Shown piece after piece: positions 1 to 10,650 of a stretch of DNA of 38,517 bases. Every line of letters begins with the position of its first letter. Positions within the stretch are counted from its first letter, which is position 1. The notes beneath the pieces are model-generated. The model was not told the DNA's origin, did no database searches, and saw only the letters and a list, made by a program, of their open reading frames with translations. The stretch is from NCBI RefSeq assembly GCF_001194135.2, contig NC_069000.1, positions 12,241,846-12,280,362 of the forward strand, written 5' to 3'. This DNA is from Octopus bimaculoides. Its lineage: Eukaryota. The translations under genes were made by a program, and so were the position numbers.

Positions 1-194
1 ACGACGACGACAAAGTATATGACATCCTCTTTAATAAGGAAACTGAACTAAAATCAACATTGCTAGGAGGCAAATAAAAATAAATAAATAAAACACAAAA
101 AAAAATAAATAAATAAAAAATAACAAAACTAATATATGCAAAATAAATACAAACTTGCTCCGCACGTATACACACCATCACACGTGCACGTTCG

Positions 195-226
<32 letters not shown>

Positions 227-1035
227 CAATACTATGTACCGAGTCATATTATACGAAGTGGCAGAAAGACAAACACACTCATAAACTCTTCAACGCCGAC
301 CACAGTCATTGATCGCATCTTCATTGCAAATTGGTGAGAAGACGCCATCTTGTTGATGCAAAGCGCCACCGTCGTTTTGTTTACGTATTATTATTTTCGA
401 ATAGCATATTTCCATTTATTTATACATTTATTTATTTAATTTGGTTGTTTTTTTTTTGTTTGTTTGTTTGGTTGGTTTAGGGGTTGTGTGTTGTGTTGTG
501 CTGTGTTGTGTTGTGTTTTTTTATTTCTTGTGTTTTATTTATTGTTTTGCTATGAATTATATTGTGTATATTATATATTAAATATTTATCACATACTAAT
601 TATATGTGTATATATNNNNNNNNNNNNNNNNNNNNNNNNNNNNNNNNNNNNNNNNNNNNNNNNNNNNNNNNNNNNNNNNNNNNNNNNNNNNNNNNNNNNN
701 NNNNNNNNNNNNNNNNNNNNNNNNNNNNNNNNNNNNNNNNNNNNNNNNNNNNNNNNNNNNNNNNNNNNNNNNNNNNNNNNNNNNNNNNNNNNNNNNNNNN
801 NNNNNNNNNNNNNNNNNNNNNNNNNNNNNNNNNNNNNNNNNNNNNNNNNNNNNNNNNNNNNNNNNNNNNNNNNNNNNNNNNNNNNNNNNNNNNNNNNNNN
901 NNNNNNNNNNNNNNNNNNNNNNNNNNNNNNNNNNNNNNNNNNNNNNNNNNNNNNNATGGATATATATATATATATATATGTATGTATATATATATACATG
1001 CGTATAAGTAAATATATATACGCTCATAAACGCTC

Positions 1036-1091
<56 letters not shown>

Positions 1092-1214
1092 TGTGTGTGC
1101 ACATACGCAGGCACACGCATATATACATACATGTATATAAGTATGTGGGCATGTTTGTATGCGTGTGTTTGTATATGTGCATGTTAGTGTTTTTATTATT
1201 TCATCAGGTTAAAT

Positions 1215-1430
1215 GGGTAAGCTGACAGAATCGCCATTGCGCCAGAAAAGTGCTCTGCGGCACTTTTTATGGCTCTTTATGTTCTGAGTTCCAATTCTGT
1301 TGAGGTCGACTTTACCTTTCATGTTTTGGAGGTCGATAAAATAAGTACCACTTAAGTACTGGGGTTCATATATATATCAACTTATCCTCTTCTCTAAATT
1401 TGTTGACATGGTGCCAAAACTAGAAACCAT
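1215..1430 (+). mobile_element. tRNA-derived SINE, family A, diverged near-full-length copy
   Basis: Colinear with 4515-4726: A-box-like AGCTGACAGAATCG, B-box-like GTTCTGAGTTCCAATTC, GAGGTCGACTTTACCTTTCAT, GTCGATAAAATAAGTACC, tail ...GTGCCAAAACTAGAAACCATT. Confidence 0.8.
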
Positions 1431-1598
1431 TTTTTTTAATGAGATCTAGAAGTTTCGGGCGAAGGACCTTACAGAGGGATTCCTTTCGAGTAAACAAATG
1501 CTTCTGATAAAATGGACCCTTACATCAAGGACAAGAAGACAAATCAAATTCGGCTAAATAATCCTAAAGCTGTAAACTTGGATTAACTCGCTTTAATC

Positions 1599-1736
1599 CT
1601 GTGTGGTAAGTAGCTTGCTTACCAACCACATTGTTCCGTGTTCAGTCCGACTGCGTGGCACCTTGGCCAAGTATCTTCTACTATAACCTCGGGCCGACCA
1701 AAGCCTTGTGAGTGGATTTGGTAGACGGAAAGTGAT
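1599..1736 (+). mobile_element. SINE family B (CORE-like), 5' half
   Basis: GTGTGGTAAGTAGCTTGCTTACCAACCAC...GTTCAGTCCGACTGCGTGGCACCTTGGCCAAG...GCCGACCAAAGCCTTGTGAGTGGATTTGGTAGACGGAAA matches the reverse complement of 13495-13627 and 31470-31596. The CCTTGG(G/C)CAAG segment resembles the CORE-SINE core (recalled, not aligned). Confidence 0.85.
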
Positions 1737-2173
1737 AGTAGGGCTTCATTCGCTCGTTTTCTTTCTTTCACTGACTATTTCTCATTCTGATACCCCCTGT
1801 GCTTTATTTTGATAAATGACTAACGTTTGAAACGTTAAGGTGCTTCCTTTTCCCATTAAAACATTAAGTTAATACCGTATTTGCTAAACCTCTTACATAC
1901 TGCGCTGTAGTTTTCTTATAGTTCATTGTATTGACACTGAACACACACACACACACACATGAACTAATAGACACATACACACACACATAGACACGCATAT
2001 ATATATATCTATGATTTGGTCATATTCTTGTCATTATATATAATCTCACTGACACTTATATATGTATGAGTGCGTAAGTCTGTTAATGTAGTTACAGAAA
2101 CCTCACGCAAATACAAACATCAATCTCTCCCCACTCAGTGTGTGTGTTTGTACACGCATACATACGTATACAC

Positions 2174-2214
<41 letters not shown>

Positions 2215-3240
2215 TATATGCGCATGTCAGAATATACAGATACGCATATATGTATGTGTATGCACCAGTGCCTTTATATATGTAGCTATATTTTTCTCTG
2301 TGTATGTACTGGTGTTTTCGCTTGTGAGCGCTCAATGTGTGCGTGTGTATTTTCGAGAGTGTAGATGGGTTTGTGTGTATGTCTGACAGGAAAACTGGAT
2401 ATCATTTACCTACATATGCTGCTTACATTTCTGTAAGATCTATGTTCCCTATTGTTAATTGGCCGGAAAAAATATATTTGTGGATATTTCTACATCTTAT
2501 GTATAAACTTTTAAGAGGTTTCTCATCTTACAACAATATCTTTTTTATCCGTTGTCCATCACATCTGGGTTTTTTTTTGTGTTTTTTTTTTTTCGTGTGT
2601 AGAGGCACGTCATGTCAGTTTACAACGGTATGTATATGAGTATATGGGTATGAAATCTCACACATGCGCACAAAATATCAGATACGTAAGGATGTTTTCA
2701 CTCGTATATACATACTCCCACATATACACACAAACACATGGACCCAAATATGTGTGAACATATTGTATACACACACGTGTAGATATGAGTTTGTATGTAT
2801 GTATGTATCCCCGCGAAAATACAGATTCATACACGCACACATATATTTGTACATAACTACGTGTATACATATATATATATATATATATATATATGTATAC
2901 ATATATATGTATGTATATAAATATATATATATAAATGTATATATATATATATATGTATNNNNNNNNNNNNNNNNNNNNNNNNNNNNNNNNNNNNNNNNNN
3001 NNNNNNNNNNNNNNNNNNNNNNNNNNNNNNNNNNNNNNNNNNNNNNNNNNNNNNNNNNNNNNNNNNNNNNNNNNNNNNNNNNNNNNNNNNNNNNNNNNNN
3101 NNNNNNNNNNNNNNNNNNNNNNNNNNNNNNNNNNNNNNNNNNNNNNNNNNNNNNNNNNNNNNNNNNNNNNNNNNNNNNNNNNNNNNNNNNNNNNNNNNNN
3201 NNNNNNNNNNNATATATACATATATATACGTTATGTACGC

Positions 3241-3309
<69 letters not shown>

Positions 3310-4514
3310 TAGGTATGTATGTATATATACAGATGTACATTAGTGCCATCACCCCCGACCCGCACCGGTGTCGCCGCGCCTTTTTCACTGTTGAACACTT
3401 CCCCCGTGACTATAATTGCTATAGTTTCGTCGTCCCTCACTCCACTACAACCACCTTTATCATCTTACCCGACAGCTGCTGCTACAGCTGTACGTTCCCC
3501 CACAACAGTTATTAAAAATCATCGTCGCAATCTTTATCATCTATATCTATATCAACTATCGCTCGACTTCTCTTCGAAATAGCACTGAATGTTTCCGCAA
3601 CCAACATCCTGCCATCTTAAAACATTAAAAATGAAATCCATTGCGTAATGTAGCGCTAGGTATGTATGAAATTACGGATAGTAACGGCTGGAATTCTTTT
3701 ATTCATAAGCCTCTTTGTTCAGAGCTGATCTACAGCTATACAACAACAACAACAACATTATCACTTGCACAGCTATATTCATTTCAAAGGTTTCGGTTAA
3801 TTGATAGTAAGAGCTAGAATACGACCTTTAGTGGCCATTTTTAAAGGTGTCCATGGCTGGTTGGAGGAATGCATCCTCAAATGGGACATTTGGCTAGAAT
3901 GGCTGGAACAGAGTAAACCCCTCTAATAGCATGCAAGGTCTAGACTAGCATCTTAAACTGGTTGATAGATTAAGTGTGTCACCCACGTCTGTAGCATCAA
4001 TGACATCCTAGAACGAGAGCAGCAATCTAATGTGAATCTTAATTTAGAGTTGGTGACCCTATATATAATCATCTTAGCTAAATCTGCATTCCAAATCTGC
4101 ATTATTTTTCAAGGCGAGAAAATACTTTAGTTCGTTCAGTTCTTAACCGTAGCAAAGTTATACATGTATGGTCATCAAGAAGGTTTATGAGACACTGTGA
4201 GTCATTTTTAGGGATTTTAAAACCAAGCAGCACTTTTTATCCTTACACAAAGCCCTCCATTTCACGTTGATCCATCTTAAACCTAGTACTGGCGCAGCCT
4301 TCTCTCTCTGCGGTAGATTATCCTTAATCTTCTGCTGGTCAACGGGTGGAAAGGGCCGAAGGGGTATTTATATCTGTTCACTACTACATTGGCATCTAGA
4401 ACAAATAGCGAAAGCATGATACACGCTATCAAGTTTTGGATGCTTACTAGTAACAGCTATGGATTTTTCCATCACTGGAGTGGAAGAGAATTTCATTATT
4501 ATTTGTGTCTTTGT

Positions 4515-4726
4515 AAAGCGGCGAGCTGGGAGAATCGTTAGTACACCGGACGAAATGCTTAGCGGTATTTCGTCTGCCGCTACGTTCTGAGTTCAAATTC
4601 CACCGAGGTCGACTTCGCCCTTCATCCTCTCAGGGTCGTTAAATTAAATACCATTTACGCACTAGGGTCAATGTAATCGACTATTCCCTTCCCCCAAATT
4701 TCAGGCCTTGTGCCTATAGTAGAAAA
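4515..4726 (+). mobile_element. tRNA-derived SINE, family A, full length with 18-bp target-site duplication
   Basis: Head GCGGCGAGCTGGGAGAATCGTTAG, B-box GAGTTCAAATTCC, body GAGGTCGACTTCGCCCTTCATCC, tail TTTCAGGCCTTGTGCCTATAGTAGAAA. Flanked by identical TATTATTTGTGTCTTTGT at 4497-4514 and 4727-4744. Confidence 0.9.
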
Positions 4727-4769
4727 TATTATTTGTGTCTTTGTGATATAGATCACTACATACGATCTT

Positions 4770-4770
<1 letters not shown>

Positions 4771-4808
<38 letters not shown>
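4771..4808 (+). repeat. Poly(A) tract, 38 nt
   Basis: Uninterrupted run of A. Confidence 0.95.
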
Positions 4809-4810
<2 letters not shown>

Positions 4811-4909
4811 ATTACATTTTTCTCGTCATAGGGGGAAGGGTTTCACTATTGGAGGAAACGGACAATTCCTTTGAATTCCTCACAATTTCTGTCGAATTTC
4901 CTTGGCAAA

Positions 4910-5025
4910 CATTTGGCCTACATGAAACTATGTTAGAAGACACTTTATCGAAGAGTCACGCAATTAAACCGACTCTCGAATAATAATTGTGAAAATAACT
5001 ACTTAACTATAGCCATTCCTACGCT
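4910..5025 (-). mobile_element. SINE family B, old diverged 5' fragment
   Basis: CTATGTTAGAAGACACTT...GTCACGCA...AACTACTTAACTATAGCCATTCCTACGC resembles the reverse-complemented family B head seen at 13555-13627 and 31525-31596. Confidence 0.55.
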
Positions 5026-5474
5026 CACATGTGGTAGATCTATTTGTATTTTTCTTTAAACTTAATATTTAAATGAACTTCCTCTAAGATTTTCGTAAAC
5101 CTATTTCCTATTTCGCTATTGGGCGTGGCGTCTTTTGGCACCATATTATCAAATTTGATATCATGCCATATACTTATTTCATTTTGCCATTCTTCCATGA
5201 CTTGTTAGCACATACTCCAAATCGTTTATTGGGTTCTGTTTTCATTTTTTTAATTCATAAATGAATTATGCAAATGAGGCATGTCAGTAACTGTGACATT
5301 TTCAGGTCCTCGGAACTCAAGAAGTTTTGTTTCACTAAAGTGAAATATTACACTTAATGATACAGTTTTGGAAATATTGTATAAAGTATGGGATTACCGT
5401 TAGGTATAATAAGAGTTTGTAAAGCCTAACATTTAGTGCGACTCGCTTTTTTAATTTTATTCGGGATAAATGAA

Positions 5475-5627
5475 GGTGCATGGTTCAGAGGTTAGAGTGT
5501 CGGACTCACAATCATGGGGTAGTAGGCTTCCAAAGAATAAGTCATGGGGTCGATTTGCTCGACTAAAGGCGGTGCTCCAGCATGGCCACAGTCAAAAGAC
5601 TGAAACAAGTAAAAGAGTAAAAGAGTA
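5475..5627 (+). mobile_element. Chimeric or internally deleted SINE: type C tRNA-like head joined to family B 3' tail
   Basis: GGTGCATGGTTCAGAGGTTAGAGTGTCGGACTCACAATCATGGGGTAG runs directly into TAGGCTTCCAAAGAATAAGTC...GGCGGTGCTCCAGCATGGCCACAGTCAAAAGACTGAAACAAGTAAAAGAGTAAAAGAG. Confidence 0.8.
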
Positions 5628-6440
5628 TAGAAATTGAATGCGGTACGTCTGCAATAACTTTATATGTTACACATGTAACTCCTCTAACCGAATTGTTGCA
5701 TGCTAACTATAAAATGTTGCGTATATTTTTACTGTACATGAGGTTACACAAAGGTATCATACATTCCTTATCACACTTACAAAGCCTGTCATTACAATGT
5801 TGATTTTGGCATTCTCCGACATAGCGACATAGCTGACATTTCGTGGATCAATGAAGATACTTTTCCAAACAAGAAACGTGGTAGTTACTCACTTACTACG
5901 TATCTTAAAACTGTATTATTAAGTGTCTACCTACGGAGACGAAAGAAATGTATAACAAACATATAAATATTTTGATAGGGTCATATATGTATTTATAATA
6001 TGTCTGTATGTTTATGTTGTGTGTGTGAATGTGCGTGCATTATTCAGCCAGTTGTATTTATAAGAGAGTATGTATGTGATATTCATAAACATCTTCTATA
6101 CGGAAATGTATATGTTCATATAACCTTGATAACAGTATGTAAACAAAATGAAGGAAATAATTCATATTAAGGAAGAAATTAAAGAATAAAAAGAGCAGAT
6201 GAATCGGCTTAAAAATGGTGGAGGAAATGAGAAAAAAATGAAAGGCGAGGAAGGAAAAATAACGAATAATGTATAACAAAAGAATAGGAGGTAGGTAATA
6301 TTAAGAATAAAGCAAACAAACAAAAAGAAATACGAGGAAAGAATCAATAAATAAAAGGAACAACGAAACGATTAATATCGGGTTAACTTTGCGATATATA
6401 TATATATATGTGTATATAATTTTAGAATAAAAAACCCACA

Positions 6441-6600
6441 AATCTTGTAATTACAGTTACCCAGGGTTTCCTGGTCGAAATAATAAGTTTATTTATTTCT
6501 GCCATTTATCAAGACAACTGACAAACGGTCTTGTTTCCAGTTTGATAAACGGCGAAATTATTTCGACCAGGAAACCCTGGGTAGCAGTAATTATAATATT
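6441..6600. repeat. Long inverted repeat (fold-back, MITE-like)
   Basis: 6458-6484 (TACCCAGGGTTTCCTGGTCGAAATAAT) is the exact reverse complement of 6557-6583. Arms extend to 6441 and 6600 with 4 mismatches. Confidence 0.85.
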
Positions 6601-7046
6601 TATTTTGTTATAAGATTATCTTTACTCTCTTAACTGATCGAGTGCTTTTCTACTTCTTGAAGCATTACCTCATCACACACACACACACGTTGTACGACTG
6701 TGTTCAAGTTTTATTTCTTATTGAAATTAAACATTCAAATTCCATGAAATTTCGCCCTACCACTGAACCAATTAATTTTACCCTTCCTACTATATGCTTA
6801 AATGGTTCATTGGTGTTTTCCTTAATCCAGGAAGCATTATTGCATGCAAGAAAGGAATATGCTGATGTATGTGTGTGTGCGCGCGCGCTTGCATGTGCTA
6901 TGAGTTACTAACGAGAAGGGAACGTATTCATTATAAATAGTAAAGTTTATAGTCATATTCGAAGCAGAGTCTACCTTACTTCGCTATTCAAAGCCTCGCG
7001 ATTACCGTTTTCACCATGTTATTCTGAAAGTCGGATTCAAAAACTC

Positions 7047-7082
<36 letters not shown>

Positions 7083-7586
7083 ACGAAACATTACCTATGT
7101 AACGCGACACTTCATTACATCACCTGATGAGATGTTTCTGCACCATGGGATGCACCGAAATTCATTGTATAGTTTCCCACCCGCGAGGGAGCATTGCAGG
7201 ATGTGTCGAAACGATCGTTGTAGTGTTTACATATATATATATATACATATGCTTCAACTTAAGTACCTAATTCAACTAAATCNNNNNNNNNNNNNNNNNN
7301 NNNNNNNNNNNNNNNNNNNNNNNNNNNNNNNNNNNNNNNNNNNNNNNNNNNNNNNNNNNNNNNNNNNNNNNNNNNNNNNNNNNATATATATATGTATGTA
7401 TACATGCATATATATATACATGCATATATGTATGCATGTATATATGTACATGCATGCATATATATATATGTATGCATGCATGTATGTATGTATATATACA
7501 TTGTATATGTATATACATATGTATATTTATACATATATATGTATGCTAATACATATGTATGCATATGTGTGTTTGTATGTATATAC

Positions 7587-7635
<49 letters not shown>

Positions 7636-9524
7636 AAATACATAAATGATCATCATCTTTGTTTACCCTTATGTAAACATTTGTATATATTTGCTCTCGA
7701 ATTATAACAATATACTAACAATCCAGAATTGCATGTGAAAATGCATGAATTTATATGCACACACATACACAATTTATGTACACGCACAAACAAGTATACA
7801 CACAGACACATACAAGGATGTGTGTGCACGTATGTGCATGAATGTGTCTGCGTAAATTCATATATTTTCTGTAGATCCGTGCTGTATGTGTGTATATGAA
7901 TCTTTATGTGTGTAAGGCAGATGAACAGCCACGTAAATCCATTTTCAGGGAGAAAAAATCAAGAAGACAAAGAAACAAGAAAAAAAAAGAAACAAACAAA
8001 CCAACAGCAAGCACGGGTGGTCCTTGTTAGAAGGAAGAGGAAGCAATCTCAGGTATGTCGAAAATACCTCCCTTGGGAGGGGTGTTTATATATACATTAC
8101 GACAGGGTATAGAATATGTTGCATGATCATTCTGATAGAACGGCGCAAACAATTTACGAGCATGGTTTGCGGTCGGTTATGGTTACACTTTTTTCAGTGA
8201 GAGTTGAACGTTCGGTGTTACTTGTCGTTTGTTGCGGATAGTGTAAAGATTTGTGCATGTATATGCGCGTGAATGTTTGTGTGTACGCGTGTGTGTTTTG
8301 TGTAATGAAGATATCACAAAGATATTCGAAGAATACTGTAAGAATTAAAGAAGAATTAGAGAATGTTTCAACGTTTGTTCATGCAATGAGTGAAGATTTA
8401 TTATTATTCGTTTGTGTGTGATTTGTTTTCTATATTTATGTATTTATTTAGTTAGTTATGCAGTTTTGGGTGATAATGACAATTCTGGGAGAAGTGTAAG
8501 AAGAGGAAGCAGGATAATGATTATGATTAAGAGGATGATGGTGATGACGACGACGACAACGATGACGACGTTGATGTTAATGATGGTGAAGATGATGATG
8601 TTGAGTTGTGAGATAGGAGGTAAAACACCTTAATATTGAATAGGAAGAAGAAATATTTTACTTGTATGCAATGTATGTATGTATGTATGTGTTGTGTTGA
8701 CCCCCCCGAGGCGAAGAAGTAGGATCTCCCAAGACATATGAATAGAGGTAGTCTGGCTGTGGTAGGAGTGTTGAGTAGCAGTCGAGTAGCAGTTGTGTAG
8801 CGGTTGAGTAGAGATCAACCGAAGGTGCTAGATAGCAGTAGCTTGAGACATAACAGTATGTATGTATGATCAATGCAATCCTCCGTCGTTGGTAGGAGCT
8901 AGATAATTTTTTTCCCATCCAGCGAGAAATAAGTTCCATGCTCGAATAGTAAAGTAATGCAACGGGCTTGTGTAGTGTGTCGTGTTGTATCCTGCTATCA
9001 TTTAAACCCAAAATATAACATGGCTACGTTCTGATTAAAAGGAAAATGAACAAGAAAAAAAGACGAGAAATGACTTTAAAGTAAGATTTGTGTCGCTTTG
9101 ATCTGTTAGAAAGGAAACAGTGGTCATTGTTTATGTATGAACTAACAATGTGGAAAGACTGTAGTTTGTTAGACTATGCTTAATCCGGAGAAAGTGGTGA
9201 TCTCCAGTTCGATAGCAAAAACTTGTCGAGATGCTTTCATCTTGTGTAAATGTCTCATTTCGTCAAACATAAACTCACAGCTACTCCGGACTTACACCAA
9301 ACACCTAGAAAATTGGTTTGATGCAGATATTAAAAAAATAGCACTTACCAAATCCGTCATTTCGTCTTTTAGCGAATATTTTCAGAATATTTACTAGAAA
9401 ACTAGAACTCATTAAACATTTTTTAAAACGTGTAATATAGCATTTGCTTTTCTTGGTGACAATATGTTTACAGCGAAAATATAAGAGTATTCTGTCATAC
9501 TCTCACTCCACCTTGCAAATAGTG

Positions 9525-9663
9525 GTCTTTTATATCCCAGTTATATTTGGATAGGAACGTGGCAATATTATGTCTTTTATATCCCAGTTATATTTGGATA
9601 GGAACGTGGCAATATTATGTCTTTTATATTCCAGTTATATTTAGATAGGAACGTGGCAATATT
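9525..9663. repeat. Minisatellite, 47-bp unit, about 3 copies
   Basis: TCTTTTATATCCCAGTTATATTTGGATAGGAACGTGGCAATATTATG starts at 9526, 9573 and 9620. The third copy has 2 substitutions and is truncated. Confidence 0.95.
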
Positions 9664-10366
9664 TTTTCATCTTTTACTTTTTTCTAGGTATCTCAAAGGG
9701 AAGTAACTGAGCTAACTGTTGAATTAAAATTTCTATTATTCTTATGTATTGAGACCACAAACTGATATTTCAAGTACAATTTGATTTCAAAAATGTTTGT
9801 ATTACTATTTTACAAAGCAGTGATACATAAATGTAAATATTAGATTTGGAAAATTTCATATATATATTTAACCATTAAAGAGAAATGCATATANNNNNNN
9901 NNNNNNNNNNNNNNNNNNNNNNNNNNNNNNNNNNNNNNNNNNNNNNNNNNNNNNNNNNNNNNNNNNNNNNNNNNNNNNNNNNNNNNNNNNNNNNNNNNNN
10001 NNNNNNNNNNNNNNNNNNNNNNNNNNNNNNNNNNNNNNNNNNNNNNNNNNNNNNNNNNNNNNNNNNNNNNNNNNNNNNNNNNNNNNNNNNNNNNNNNNNN
10101 NNNNNNNNNNNNNNNNNNNNNNNNNNNNNNNNNNNNNNNNNNNNNNNNNNNNNNNNNNNNNNNNNNNNNNNNNNNNNNNNNNNNNNNNNNNNNNNNNNNN
10201 NNNNNNNNNNNNNNNNNNNNNNNNNNNNNNNNNNNNNNNNNNNNNNNNNNNNNNNNNNNNNNNNNNNNNNNNNNNNNNNNNNNNNNNNNNNNNNNNNNNN
10301 NNNNNNNNNNNNNNNNNNNNNNNNNNNNNNNNNNNNNNNNNNNNNNNNNNNNNNNNNNNNNNNNNN

Positions 10367-10414
<48 letters not shown>

Positions 10415-10530
10415 CACACACATACATACATACATACATACATACATACATACATACATGCATATTGCTATATGAAGACATACATATATGCACATATGTA
10501 TATTTATATATACAGAACGGATTTAGACAA

Positions 10531-10650
10531 TTTCTGTCTACCAAATTCACTGACAAAGCGTACGATGGCCTGAGGTGGTAACAGAAAGCATTTGCCGAAA
10601 GTAGCAAGCACTGGAACGGAACCAGAGATTGTGTGGTTGTAAGGCCAAGC
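10531..10650 (-). mobile_element. SINE family B, old diverged 5' fragment
   Basis: TCTGTCTACCAAATTCACTGACAAAGC...GGCCTGAGG...ATTTGCCGAAAG...TGTGGTTGTAAGGCCAAGC parallels TCCGTCTACCAAATCCACTCACAAGGC...TGTGGTTGG at 13512-13620. Confidence 0.6.

Noticed and set aside
1430-1560. Minus-strand CCCGAAAC and CTCGAAAG words suggesting a hammerhead
   Set aside because: No CUGANGA upstream and no supporting stems.
4200-4370. Short open stretch on minus (PFPPVDQQKIKDNLPQREKAAPVLGLRW...)
   Set aside because: No recognisable domain and no clear splice sites.
7080-7165. GAAA-ACAT/ATGT-GUA ... CTGATGA ... CCGAAA hammerhead-like words
   Set aside because: In type II order stem III forms but the 22 nt needed for stem I do not pair; in type I order stems I and II fail.
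8772-8815. 11-bp unit (TGAGTAGCAGT-like) repeated four times
   Set aside because: Short degenerate repeat, ordinary for this genome.
9525-9663. 47-bp repeat as a CRISPR array
   Set aside because: No spacers, eukaryotic context, no cas genes.
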